The position numbers were made by a program, and so were the translations under genes. Source: Nemertoderma westbladi (taxonomy: Eukaryota > Animalia > Xenacoelomorpha). Taken from it: DNA of 64,000 nucleotides. A model generated the notes under the pieces. The model saw only the letters and a program-made list of their open reading frames with translations, made no database searches and had not been told where the DNA came from. Shown here in pieces: positions 1-13,617 of this stretch; position 1 is the first letter of the stretch; each line of letters opens with the position of its first letter. The DNA lies in the NCBI GenBank assembly GCA_032718475.1, contig JAUCBJ010004986.1, positions 9,231 to 73,230 of the forward strand, written 5' to 3'.

Positions 1-3000
1 TTTATTTAATCATACAAGTGGGTAGACAAACATTGTGTGATCGTGGCGTTTATTTAATCATACAAGTGGGTAGGTAGACAAACATTGTGTGATCGTGGCG
101 TTTATTTAATCATACAAGTGGGTAGGTAGACAAACATTGTGTGATCGTGGCGTTTATTTAATCATACAAGTGGGTAGGTAGACAAACATTGTGTGATCGT
201 GGCGTTTATTTAATCATACAAGTGGGTAGGTAGACAAACATTGTGTGATCGTGGCGTTTATTTAATCATACAAGTGGGTAGACAAACATTGTGTGATCGT
301 GGCGTTTATTTAATCATACAAGTGGGTAGGTAGACAAACATTGTGTGATCGTGGCGTTTATTTAATCATACAAGTGGGTAGGTAGACAAACATTGTGTGA
401 TCGTGGCGTTTATTTAATCATAAGTGGGATAACAAACATTGTGTGATCGTGGCGTTTATTTAATCATACAAGTGGGTAGGTAGACAAACATTGTGTGATC
501 GTGGCGTTTATTTAATCATACAAGTGGGTAGGTAGACAAACATTGTGTGATCGTGGCGTTTATTTAATCATACAAGTGGGTAGGTAGACAAACATTGTGT
601 GATCGTGGCGTTTATTTAATCATACAAGTGGGTAGGTAGACAAACATTGTGTGATCGTGGCGTTTATTTAATCATACAAGTGGGTAGACAAACATTGTGT
701 GATCGTGGCGTTTATTTAATCATACAAGTGGGTAGGTAGACAAACATTGTGTGATCGTGGCGTTTATTTAATCATACAAGTGGGTAGGTAGACAAACATT
801 GTGTGATCGTGGCGTTTATTTAATCATACAAGTGGGTAGGTAGACAAACATTGTGTGATCGTGGCGTTTATTTAATCATACAAGTGGGAGTAGACAAACA
901 TTGTGTGATCGTGGCGTTTATTTAATCATACAAGTGGGTAGGTAGACAAACATTGTGTGATCGTGGCGTTTATTTAATCATACAAGTGGGTAGGTAGACA
1001 AACATTGTGTGATCGTGGCGTTTATTTAATCATACAAGTGGGTAGGTAGACAAACATTGTGTGATCGTGGCGTTTATTTAATCATACAAGTGGGTAGGTA
1101 GACAAACATTGTGTGATCGTGGCGTTTATTTAATCATACAAGTGGGTAGGTAGACAAACATTGTGTGATCGTGGCGTTTATTTAATCATACAAGTGGGTA
1201 GGTAGACAAACATTGTGTGATCGTGGCGTTTATTTAATCATACAAGTGGGTAGGTAGACAAACATTGTGTGATCGTGGCGTTTATTTAATCATACAAGTG
1301 GGTAGGTAGACAAACATTGTGTGATCGTGGCGTTTATTTAATCATACAAGTGGGTAGGTAGACAAACATTGTGTGATCGTGGCGTTTATTTAATCATACA
1401 AGTGGGTAGGTAGACAAACATTGTGTGATCGTGGCGTTTATTTAATCATACAAGTGGGTAGGTAGACAAACATTGTGTGATCGTGGCGTTTATTTAATCA
1501 TACAAGTGGGTAGGTAGACAAACATTGTGTGATCGTGGCGTTTATTTAATCATACAAGTGGGTAGGTAGACAAACATTGTGTGATCGTGGCGTTTATTTA
1601 ATCATACAAGTGGTAGGTAGACAAACATTGTGTGATCGTGGCGTTTATTTAATCATACAAGTGGGTAGGTAGACAAACATTGTGTGATCGTGGCGTTTAT
1701 TTAATCATACAAGTGGGTAGGTAGACAAACATTGTGTGATCGTGGCGTTTATTTAATCATACAAGTGGGTAGGTAGACAAACATTGTGTGATCGTGGCGT
1801 TTATTTAATCATACAAGTGGGTAGGTAGACAAACATTGTGTGATCGTGGCGTTTATTTAATCATACAAGTGGGTAGGTAGACAAACATTGTGTGATCGTG
1901 GCGTTTATTTAATCATACAAGTGGGTAGGTAGACAAACATTGTGTGATCGTGGCGTTTATTTAATCATACAAGTGGGTAGGTAGACAAACATTGTGTGAT
2001 CGTGGCGTTTATTTAATCATACAAGTGGGTAGGTAGACAAACATTGTGTGATCGTGGCGTTTATTTAATCATACAAGTGGGTAGGTAGACAAACATTGTG
2101 TGATCGTGGCGTTTATTTAATCATACAAGTGGGTAGGTAGACAAACATTGTGTGATCGTGGCGTTTATTTAATCATACAAGTGGGTAGGTAGACAAACAT
2201 TGTGTGATCGTGGCGTTTATTTAATCATACAAGTGGGTAGGTAGACAAACATTGTGTGATCGTGGCGTTTATTTAATCATACAAGTGGGTAGACAAACAT
2301 TGTGTGATCGTGGCGTTTATTTAATCATACAAGTGGGTAGACAAACATTGTGTGATCGTGGCGTTTATTTAATCATACAAGTGAGGTAGACAAACATTGT
2401 GTGATCGTGGCGTTTATTTAATCATACAAGTGGGTAGGTAGACAAACATTGTGTGATCGTGGCGTTTATTTAATCATACAAGTGGGTAGACAAACATTGT
2501 GTGATCGTGGCGTTTATTTAATCATACAAGTGGGTAGGTAGACAAACATTGTGTGATCGTGGCGTTTATTTAATCATACAAGTGGGTAGACAAACATTGT
2601 GTGATCGTGGCGTTTATTTAATCATACAAGTGTGGTAGACAAACATTGTGTGATCGTGGCGTTTATTTAATCATACAAGTGGTGTAGACAAACATTGTGT
2701 GATCGTGGCGTTTATTTAATCATACAAGTGGGTAGACAAACATTGTGTGATCGTGGCGTTTATTTAATCATACAAGTGGGTAGACAAACATTGTGTGATC
2801 GTGGCGTTTATTTAATCATACAAGTGGGTAGACAAACATTGTGTGATCGTGGCGTTTATTTAATCATACAAGTAGGTAGACAAACATTGTGTGATCGTGG
2901 CGTTTATTTAATCATACAAGTAGGTAGGTAGACAAACATTGTGTGATCGTGGCGTTTATTTAATCATACAAGTGGGTAGGTAGACAAACATTGTGTGATC

Positions 3001-6000
3001 GTGGCGTTTATTTAATCATACAAGTGGGTAGACAAACATTGTGTGATCGTGGCGTTTATTTAATCATACAAGTAGGTAGGTAGACAAACATTGTGTGATC
3101 GTGGCGTTTATTTAATCATACAAGTGGGTAGACAAACATTGTGTGATCGTGGCGTTTATTTAATCATACAAGTGGGTAGACAAACATTGTGTGATCGTGG
3201 CGTTTATTTAATCATACAAGTGGGTAGGTAGACAAACATTGTGTGATCGTGGCGTTTATTTAATCATACAAGTGGGTAGGTAGACAAACATTGTGTGATC
3301 GTGGCGTTTATTTAATCATACAAGTGGGTAGGTAGACAAACATTGTGTGATCGTGGCGTTTATTTAATCATACAAGTGGGTAGACAAACATTGTGTGATC
3401 GTGGCGTTTATTTAATCATACAAGTGGGTAGGTAGACAAACATTGTGTGATCGTGGCGTTTATTTAATCATACAAGTGGGTAGGTAGACAAACATTGTGT
3501 GATCGTGGCGTTTATTTAATCATACAAGGTAGGATAGACAAACATTGTGTGATCGTGGCGTTTATTTAATCATACAAGTGGGTAGGTAGACAAACATTGT
3601 GTGATCGTGGCGTTTATTTAATCATACAAGTGGGTAGGTAGACAAACATTGTGTGATCGTGGCGTTTATTTAATCATACAAGTGGGTAGGTAGACAAACA
3701 TTGTGTGATCGTGGCGTTTATTTAATCATACAAGTGGGTAGGTAGACAAACATTGTGTGATCGTGGCGTTTATTTAATCATACAAGTGGGTAGACAAACA
3801 TTGTGTGATCGTGGCGTTTATTTAATCATACAAGTGGGTAGGTAGACAAACATTGTGTGATCGTGGCGTTTATTTAATCATACAAGTGGGTAGGTAGACA
3901 AACATTGTGTGATCGTGGCGTTTATTTAATCATACAAGTGGGTAGGTAGACAAACATTGTGTGATCGTGGCGTTTATTTAATCATAAGTAGGATAACAAA
4001 CATTGTGTGATCGTGGTGTTTATTTAATCATACAAGTAGGTAGACAAACATTGTGTGATCGTGGCGTTTATTTAATCATAAAAGTGGGTAGGTAGACAAA
4101 CATTGTGTGATCGTGGCGTTTATTTAATCATACAAGTGGGTAGGTAGACAAACATTGTGTGATCGTGGCGTTTATTTAATCATACAAGTGGGTAGGTAGA
4201 CAAACATTGTGTGATCGTGGCGTTTATTTAATCATACAAGTGGGTAGGTAGACAAACATTGTGTGATCGTGGCGTTTATTTAATCATACAAGTAGGTAGG
4301 TAGACAAACATTGTGTGATCGTGTCGTTTATTTAATCATACAAGTGGGTAGGTAGACAAACATTGTGTGATCGTGGCGTTTATTTAATCATACAAGTGGG
4401 TAGGTAGACAAACATTGTGTGATCGTGGCGTTTATTTAATCATACAAGTGGGTAGGTAGACAAACATTGTGTGATCGTGGCGTTTATTTAATCATACAAG
4501 TGGGTAGGTAGACAAACATTGTGTGATCGTGGCGTTTATTTAATCATACAAGTGGGTAGGTAGACAAACATTGTGTGATCGTGGCGTTTATTTAATCATA
4601 CAAGTGGGTAGGTAGACAAACATTGTGTGATCGTGGCGTTTATTTAATCATAAGTAGGATAACAAACATTGTGTGATCGTGGTGTTTATTTAATCATACA
4701 AGTGGGTAGGTAGACAAACATTGTGTGATCGCGGCGTTTATTTAATCATACAAGTGGGTAGGTAGACAAACATTGTGTGATCGTGGCGTTTATTTAATCA
4801 TACAAGTGGGTAGGTAGACAAACATTGTGTGATCGTGGCGTTTATTTAATCATACAAGTGGGTAGGTAGACAAACATTGTGTGATCGTGGCGTTTATTTA
4901 ATCATACAAGTGGGTAGGTAGACAAACATTGTGTGATCGTGGCGTTTATTTAATCATACAAGTGGGTAGGTAGACAAACATTGTGTGATCGTGGCGTTTA
5001 TTTAATCATACAAGTGGGTAGGTAGACAAACATTGTGTGATCGTAGCGTTTATTTAATCATACAAGTGGGTAGGTAGACAAACATTGTGTGATCGTGGCG
5101 TTTATTTAATCATACAAGTGGGTAGGTAGACAAACATTGTGTGATCGTGGCGTTTATTTAATCATACAAGTGGGTAGGTAGACAAACATTGTGTGATCGT
5201 GGCGTTTATTTAATCATACAAGTGGGTAGGTAGACAAACATTGTGTGATCGTGGCGTTTATTTAATCATACAAGTGGGTAGGTAGACAAACATTGTGTGA
5301 TCGTGGCGTTTATTTAATCATAAGTAGGATAACAAACATTGTGTGATCGTGGTGTTTATTTAATCATACAAGTGGGTAGGTAGACAAACATTGTGTGATC
5401 GTGGCGTTTATTTATTCATACAAGTGGGTAGGTAGACAAACATTGTGTGATCGTGGCATTTATTTAATCATACAAGTGGGTAGGTAGACAAACATTGTGT
5501 GATCGTGGCGTTTATTTAATCATACAAGTGGGTAGGTAGACAAACATTGTGTGATCGTGGCGTTTATTTAATCATACAAGTGGGTAGGTAGACAAACATT
5601 GTGTGATCGTGGCGTTTATTTAATCATACAAGTGGGTAGGTAGACAAACATTGTGTGATCGTAGCGTTTATTTAATCATACAAGTGGGTAGGTAGACAAA
5701 CATTGTGTGATCGTGGCGTTTATTTAATCATACAAGTGGGTAGGTAGACAAACATTGTGTGATCGTGGCGTTTATTTAATCATACAAGTGGGTAGGTAGA
5801 CAAACATTGTGTGATCGTGGCGTTTATTTAATCATACAAGTGGGTAGGTAGACAAACATTGTGTGATCGTAGCGTTTATTTAATCATACAAGTGGGTAGG
5901 TAGACAAACATTGTGTGATCGTGGCGTTTATTTAATCATACAAGTGGGTAGGTAGACAAACATTGTGTGATCGTGGCGTTTATTTAATCATACAAGTGGG

Positions 6001-8102
6001 TAGGTAGACAAACATTGTGTGATCGTAGCGTTTATTTAATCATACAAGTGGGTAGGTAGACAAACATTGTGTGATCGTGGCGTTTATTTAATCATACAAG
6101 TGGGTAGGTAGACAAACATTGTGTGATCGTGGCGTTTATTTAATCATACAAGTGGGATAACAAACATTGTGTGATCGCGGCGTTTATTTAATCATACAAG
6201 TAGGTAGACAAACATTGTGTGATCGTGGCGTTTATTTAATCATACAAGTGGGTAGACAAACATTGTGTGATCGTGGCGTTTATTTAATCATACAAGTAGG
6301 ATAACAAACATTGTGTGATCGTGGCGTTTATTTAATCATACAAGTGGGTAGACAAACATTGTGTGATCGTGGCGTTTATTTAATCATACAAGTAGGTAGA
6401 CAAACATTGTGTGATCGTGGCGTTTATTTAATCATAAAAGTGGGTAGGTAGACAAACATTGTGTGATCGTGGCGTTTATTTAATCATACAAGTGGGTAGG
6501 TAGACAAACATTGTGTGATCGTGGCGTTTATTTAATCATACAAGTAGGATAACAAACATTGTGTGATCGTGGCGTTTATTTAATCATAAAAGTGGGTAGG
6601 TAGACAAACATTGTGTGATCGTGGCGTTTATTTAATCATACAAGTAGGTAGACAAACATTGTGTGATCGTGGCGTTTATTTAATCATACAAGTAGGTAGA
6701 CAAACATTGTGTGATCGTGGCGTTTATTTAATCATACAAGTAGGTAGACAAACATTGTGTGATCGTGGCGTTTATTTAATCATAAAAGTGGGTAGGTAGA
6801 CAAACATTGTGTGATCGTGGCGTTTATTTAATCATACAAGTGGGTAGGTAGACAAACATTGTGTGATCGTGGCGTTTATTTAATCATACAAGTAGGATAA
6901 CAAACATTGTGTGATCGTGGCGTTTATTTAATCATAAAAGTGGGTAGGTAGACAAACATTGTGTGATCGTGGCGTTTATTTAATCATACAAGTGGGTAGG
7001 TAGACAAACATTGTGTGATCGTGGCGTTTATTTAATCATACAAGTGGGATAACAAACATTGTGTGATCGCGGCGTTTATTTAATCATACAAGTAGGTAGA
7101 CAAACATTGTGTGATCGTGGCGTTTATTTAATCATAAAAGTGGGTAGGTAGACAAACATTGTGTGATCGTGGCGTTTATTTAATCATACAAGTGGGTAGG
7201 TAGACAAACATTGTGTGATCGTGGCGTTTATTTAATCATACAAGTAGGATAACAAACATTGTGTGATCGTGGCGTTTATTTAATCATAAGTGGGATAACA
7301 AACATTGTGTGATCGTGGCGTTTATTTAATCATACAAGTGGGTAGGTAGACAAACATTGTGTGATCGTGGCGTTTATTTAATCATACAAGTTGGTAGACA
7401 AACATTGTGTGATCGTGGCGTTTATTTAATCATACAAGTGGGTAGGTAGACAAACATTGTGTGATCGTGGCGTTTATTTAATCATACAAGTGGGTAGGTA
7501 GACAAACATTGTGTGATCGTGGCGTTTATTTAATCATACAAGTAGGATAACAAACATTGTGTGATCGTGGCGTTTATTTAATCATAAAAGTGGGTAGGTA
7601 GACAAACATTGTGTGATCGTGGCGTTTATTTAATCATACAAGTGGGTAGGTAGACAAACATTGTGTGATCGTGGCGTTTATTTAATCATACAAGTGGGTA
7701 GGTAGACAAACATTGTGTGATCGTGGCGTTTATTTAATCATACAAGTGGGTAGGTAGACAAACATTGTGTGATCGTGGCGTTTATTTAATCATACAAGTG
7801 GGTAGGTAGACAAACATTGTGTGATCGTGGCGTTTATTTAATCATACAAGTGGGTAGGTAGACAAACATTGTGTGATCGTGGCGTTTATTTAATCATACA
7901 AGTGGGTAGGTAGACAAACATTGTGTGATCGTGGCGTTTATTTAATCATACAAGTGGGTAGGTAGACAAACATTGTGTGATCGTGGCGTTTATTTAATCA
8001 TACAAGTGGGTAGGTAGACAAACATTGTGTGATCGTGGCGTTTATTTAATCATACAAGTGGGTAGGTAGACAAACATTGTGTGATCGTGGCGTTTATTTA
8101 AT
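1..8102 (+). repeat. 52-bp minisatellite array, segment 1 (continues beyond left edge)
   Basis: Unit TTTATTTAATCATACAAGTGGGTAGGTAGACAAACATTGTGTGATCGTGGCG repeated head-to-tail; shorter variants lose one GTAG (48 bp) or read CATAAGTAGGATAAC. Confidence 0.98.
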
Positions 8103-8189
8103 TAATAATAAATTACCATAAGCAAAATATAGCATATAGGTAAGTATTAGGGGTCTACACTGGCTGAATATTGTAATGAAAACGCTGGA

Positions 8190-8232
8190 TTTAGTGAACG
8201 TTTTCGCCCTACCGGGCTACGTCAGACCTATT
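8190..8232 (-). ncRNA. Candidate minimal hammerhead ribozyme near the 3' end of the Penelope-like element
   Basis: Minus strand reads ATAGGT CTGACGTA GCCC-GGTA-GGGC GAA AACGTT C ACTAA: CUGA core, 4-bp stem II with tetraloop, GAAA, palindromic stem III, UUC triplet. Core deviates from CUGANGA and stem I is weak. Confidence 0.55.
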
Positions 8233-8568
8233 ATATTAATAAAGCATAATGGAGTAATTAAATTCAATTCGAAATTCCCGCCACCTAAATAAAGCACTAA
8301 TAGAATAGATAGTTCTAAGTAGGTCCTATATGTAATATAATATAAACAAAGTCGAAAACAAAATCAAAAAACAAAAGTCTCCAGAATAAAATAGATTTTT
8401 ATCCAAACTTACATAAAGTAAAAATCTAATCGTGTCTCTAAGTAGCTCTCGTACTATTATTATAAAAACAAAAACCTCCAAACGCTCAGTTTCAACTCCG
8501 TATAACAAGTAAGGTAATATACAGTCAAACACACATTAGCAACCCCCATATGCGTACTATCCATTCCC

Positions 8569-11500
8569 AAAAACATTCAATATGCGCGCTGCTCGTTAAA
8601 TAAGTTAGGTTAAAGTTAGGTTAATGAATAGGTCTAACTGTAGATTATGCAATGTATAAGTTTAAGTTCAAAAAATAAGTAATATTGAAAATAATGTATA
8701 AAACAACAGATGAAGACAAACCAAAAACATTCAATATGCGCGCTGCCCGTTAAGTAAGTTAGGTTAAAGTTAGGTTAATGAATAAGTCTAACTGTAGATT
8801 ATGCAATGTATAAGTTTAAGTTCAAAAAATAAGTAATATTGAAAATAATGTATAAAACAACAGATGAAGACAAACCAAAAACATTCAAAATGCGCGCTGC
8901 TCCTTAAGTAAGTTAGATTAAGGTTAGGTTAATGAATAAGTCTAACTGTAGATTATGCAATGTATAAGTTTAAGTTCGAAAAATAAGTAATATTGAAAAT
9001 AATGCATAAAACTACAGATTAAGACAAACCAAAAAACATTCAATATGCGCGCTGCTCGTTAAGTAAGTTAGGTTAATGAATAAGTCTAACTGTAGATTAT
9101 GCAATGTATAAGTTTAAGTTCAGAAAATAAGTAATATTGAAAATAATGCATAAAACAACAGATTAAGACAAACCAAAAACATTAAATATGCGCGCTGCCC
9201 GTTAAGTAAGTTAGGTTAAAGTTAGGTTAATGAATAAGTCTAACTGTAGATTATGCAATGTATAAGTTTAAGTTCGAAAAATAGGTAATATTGAAAATAA
9301 TGCATAAAACAACCGATTAAGGCAAACCAAAAACATTCAATATGCGTGCTGCTCGTTAAGTAAGTTAGGTTAATGAATAAGTCTAACTGTAGATTATGCA
9401 ATGTATAAGTTTAAGTTCGAAAAATAAGTAATATTGAAAATAATGCATAAAACAACAGATTAAGACAAACCAAAAACATTCAATATGCGCGCTGCTCGTT
9501 AAGTAAGTTAGGTTAAATTTAGGTTAATGAATAAGTCTAACTGTAGATTATGCAATGTATAAGTTTAAGTTCAAAAAATAAGTAATATTGAAAATAATGT
9601 ATAAAACAACAGATGAAGACAAACCAAAAACATTCAAAATGCGCGCTGCTCCTTAAGTAAGTTAGATTAAGGTTAGGTTAATGAATAAGTCTAACTGTAG
9701 ATTATGCAATGTATAAGTTTAAGTTCAAAAAATAAGTAATATTGAAAATAATGTATAAAACAACAGATGAAGACAAACCAAAAACATTCAATATGCGCGC
9801 TGCCCGTTAAGTAAGTTAGGTTAAAGTTAGGTTAATGAATAAGTCTAACTGTAGATTATGCAATGTATAAGTTTAAGTTCAAAAAATAAGTAATATTGAA
9901 AATAATGTATAAAACAACAGATGAAGACAAACCAAAAACATTCAAAATGCGCGCTGCTCCTTAAGTAAGTTAGTTTAAAGTTAGGTTAATGAATAAGTCT
10001 AACTGTAGATTATGCAATGTATAAGTTTAAGTTCAAAAAATAAGTAATATTGAAAATAATGTATAAAACAACAGATGAAGACAAACCAAAAACATTAAAT
10101 ATGCGCGCTGCTCCTTAAGTAAGTTAGATTAAGGTTAGGTTAATGAATAAGTCTAACTGTAGATTATGCAATGTATAAGTTTAAGTTCAAAAAATAAGTA
10201 ATATTGAAAATAATGTATAAAACAACAGATGAAGACAAACCAAAAACATTAAATATGCGCGCTGCTCCTTAAGTAAGTTAGATTAAGGTTAGGTTAATGA
10301 ATAAGTCTAACTGTAGATTATGCAATGTATAAGTTTAAGTTCAAAAAATAAGTAATATTGAAAATAATGTATAAAACAACAGATGAAGACAAACCAAAAA
10401 CATTAAATATGCGCGCTGCTCCTTAAGTAAGTTAGAATTAAATATGCGCGCTGCCCGTTAAGTAAGTTAGGTTAAAGTTAGGTTAATGAATAAGTCTAAC
10501 TGTAGATTATGCAATGTATAAGTTTAAGTTCGAAAAATAGGTAATATTGAAAATAATGCATAAAACAACAGATTAAGACAAACCAAAAACATTCAATATG
10601 CGTGCTGCTCGTTAAGTAAGTTAGGTTAATGAATAAGTCTAACTGTAGATTATGCAATGTATAAGTTTAAGTTCGAAAAATAAGTAATATTGAAAATAAT
10701 GCATAAAACAACAGATTAAGACAAACCAAAAACATTCAATATGCGCGCTGCTCGTTAAGTAAGTTAGGTTAAATTTAGGTTAATGAATAAGTCTAACTGT
10801 AGATTATGCAATGTATAAGTTTAAGTTCAAAAAAAAAAAAAGTAATATTGAAAATAATGCATAAAACAACAGATTAAGACAAACCAAAAACATTCAATAT
10901 GCGCGCTGCTCGTTACGTAAGTTAGGTTAACATTCAATATGCGCGCTGTTCGTTAAGTAAGTTAGGTTAAAGTTAGGTTAATGAATAAGTCTAACTGTAG
11001 ATTATGCAATGTATAAGTTTAAGTTCAAAAAAAAAAAATAAGTAATATTGAAAATAATGCATAAAACAACAGATTAAGACAAACCAAAAACATTCAATAT
11101 GCGGGCTGCTCGTTAAGTAAGTTAGGTTAAAGTTAGGTTAATGAATAAGTCTAACTGTAGATTATGCAATGTATAAGTTTAAGTTCAAAAAAAAAAATAA
11201 GTAATATTGAAAATAATGCATAAAACAACAGATTAAGACAAACCAAAAACATTCAATATGCGCGCTGCTCGTTAAGTAAGTTTGGTTAAATTTAGGTTAA
11301 TGAATAAGTCTAACTGTAGATTATGCAATGTATAAGTTTAAGTTCAGAAAATAAGTAATATTGAAAATAATGCATAAAACAACAGATTAAGACAAACCAA
11401 AAACATTCAATATGCGCGCTGCTCGTTAAGTAAGTTAGTTTAACATTCAATATGTGCGCTGCTCGTTAAGTAAGTTAGGTTAACATTCAATATGCGCGCT

Positions 11501-12730
11501 GCTCGTTAAGTAAGTTAGGTTAAAGTTAGGTTAATGAATAAGTCTAACTGTAGATTATGCAATGTATAAGTTTAAGTTCAGAAAATAAGTAATATTGAAA
11601 ATAATGCATAAAACAACAGATTAAGACAAACCAAAAACATTCAATATGCGCGCTGCTCGTTAAGTAAGTTAGTTTAACATTCAATATGTGCGCTGCTCGT
11701 TAAGTAAGTTAGGTTAAAGTTAGGTTAATGAATAAGTCTAACTGTAGATTATGCAATGTATAAGTTTAAGTTCAAAAAAATAAGTAATATTGAAAATAAT
11801 GCATAAAACAACAGATTAAGACAAACCAAAAACATTCAATATGCGCGCTGCTCGTTAAGTAAGTTAGGTTAAAGTTAGGTTAATGAAAAAGTCTAACTGT
11901 AGATTATGCAATGTATAAGTTTAAGTTCAAAAAATAAGTAATATTGAAAATAATGCATGAAACAACAGATTAAGACAAACCAAAAACATTCAATATGTGC
12001 GCTGCTCGTTAAGTAAGTTAGGTTCAAGTTAGGTTAATGAATAAGTCTAACTGTAGATTATGCAATGTATAAGTTTAAGTTCAAAAAATAAGTAATATTG
12101 AAAATAATGCATGAAACACCAGATTAAGACAAACCAAAAACATTCAATATGCGCGCTGCTCGTTAAGTAAGTTAGGTTAACATTCAATATGCGCGCTGCT
12201 CGTTAAGTAAGTTAGGTTAAAGTTAGGTTAATGAATAAGTCTAACTGTAGATTATGCAATGTATAAGTTTAAGTTCAAAAAATAAGTAATATTGAAAATA
12301 ATGCATGAAACAACAGATTAAGACAAACCAAAAACATTCAATATGTGCGCTGCTCGTTAAGTAAGTTAGGTTAAAGTTAGGTTAATGAATAAGTCTAACT
12401 GTAGATTATGCAATGTATAAGTTTAAGTTCAAAAAATAAGTAATATTGAAAATAATGTATAAAACAACAGATTAAGGCAAACCAAAAATATTCAATATGC
12501 GCGCTGCTCGTTACGTAAGTTAGATTAAGGTTAGGTTAATGAATAAGTCTAACTGTAGATTATGCAATGTATAAGTTTAAGTTCAAAAAATAAGTATTAT
12601 TGAAACTCACGCACAAAACAACAGACCAAGGCAAACCAAAAAAAAAAAAAACACGAAACATGCGCGCTGATCGTTAAGTAGGTTAGGTTAATGAATAAGT
12701 CTAACTGTAGGTTATGTAATAAGTTTAAGT
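8569..12730. repeat. ~154-bp tandem repeat (~27 units plus partial units) within the Penelope-like element 3' region
   Basis: Motif (T/A)ATGCGCGCTG recurs at 8581, 8735, 8889 (154-bp period); unit carries GTTAGGTTAAAGTTAGGTTAA; diverged terminal copy at ~12600-12730. Confidence 0.95.
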
Positions 12731-12873
12731 GAAACCAAAGATATTAAATATGTGAAGTCAGTATAATATGCAAAGTATACGTTGTAAAATAAAGAATAAT
12801 TATTATTATTTTTATTTTTATTTTAGGAGAGTCCATACTTTCATTAGATTAGACCCTTATTAATGTGCAGTTA

Positions 12874-13617
12874 CTAAAGTGTAGGTTGGTAGACGTTAAG
12901 GGGCGGACGATGAGTTTTGATTAGGAGTCCCTCCGCTGCGAGTAGCTCAACGGTATTCCCAAAGTATTTAAATGCGCAAATGCGGAAACACCGCATTCCG
13001 CAACCATAGAGGTGTCTTGCTAGAAGGATATCATCGTGGGTTTTGCCGTCATTCGCTTTACTTGGGTAGTTCTTAACCATATTACGGTGGCCGTTGACTC
13101 GCTCATTTAAATGTTGTATTGTTTTGCCGATGTAAAAGCTAGGGGTGTGCAAGGAGCACCAGGCAATGTATATTATATGGTGTGTTTTACAATTAAACCG
13201 CCCGTGTATGTTAGCGCCCCAGGGAGTTTGCGATACGTTAGTGATGTGCTGGCATGTTAAACATCCCGGTGTCTTACAGGGGTGATTACCAAGTCGCAAA
13301 CTCGATATGATAGTCTTGTTGTTCATAAGCATTTGTCCCAGGGAGTCGGGATTGATGGTTACCACGTTGATTCTAAGGTCGCTTCCATGTAAGTGTCTTT
13401 TCGTGATGGATCTGAATTTATTTCTGAGTTGTGCGGTGCAGGGTAGGTAGAAACGTCCGGAATTGTGTTCACTTTCGTTTTCGTGATCGTCGATGCGCGT
13501 TGTAGGGGCCCATATTCTGAGTTGGTTGATTATTGTTTTCGGGTAATCTCGGAGTAGACATTCCCCTAGATATACGTCCCGGTGTATAGTAAAATCTGTA
13601 GGATTTGAACAGCGGCA
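12874..13617 (-). CDS. C-terminal 247 aa of a Penelope-like pol ORF (RT thumb remnant, Cys linker, GIY-YIG endonuclease), 5'-truncated
   Basis: Frame of ORF 12874..13365 stays open to the junction: CRCSNPTDF...LLRDYPKTII, PCKTPGCLTCQHI, FNCKTHHIIYIAWC..FYIGKT..LNERVNGH..LARH..AEGLLI..PPLN. Confidence 0.88.
   Translation of the reverse strand, partial: CRCSNPTDFTIHRDVYLGECLLRDYPKTIINQLRIWAPTTRIDDHENESEHNSGRFYLPCTAQLRNKFRSITKRHLHGSDLRINVVTINPDSLGQMLMNNKTIISSLRLGNHPCKTPGCLTCQHITNVSQTPWGANIHGRFNCKTHHIIYIAWCSLHTPSFYIGKTIQHLNERVNGHRNMVKNYPSKANDGKTHDDILLARHLYGCGMRCFRICAFKYFGNTVELLAAEGLLIKTHRPPLNVYQPTL

Larger units (their letters stand above)
8103..13617 (-). mobile_element. 5'-truncated Penelope-like retroelement (Neptune-type, C-terminal GIY-YIG endonuclease)
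   Basis: Minus-strand ORF with RT-thumb remnant, Cys-rich linker and GIY-YIG domain; TTTATTTAAT duplicated at both ends (8093-8102 and 13618-13627), consistent with a target-site duplication in a satellite unit. Confidence 0.85.

Noticed and set aside
8569-12730. True telomeric (TTAGG)n array
   Set aside because: TTAGG occurs only once or twice per 154-bp unit, not as a contiguous telomeric tract.
13441-13451. GGGTAGGTAGA inside the Penelope-like ORF matching the satellite unit
   Set aside because: An 11-nt match within an open coding frame, away from the junction; most simply chance.
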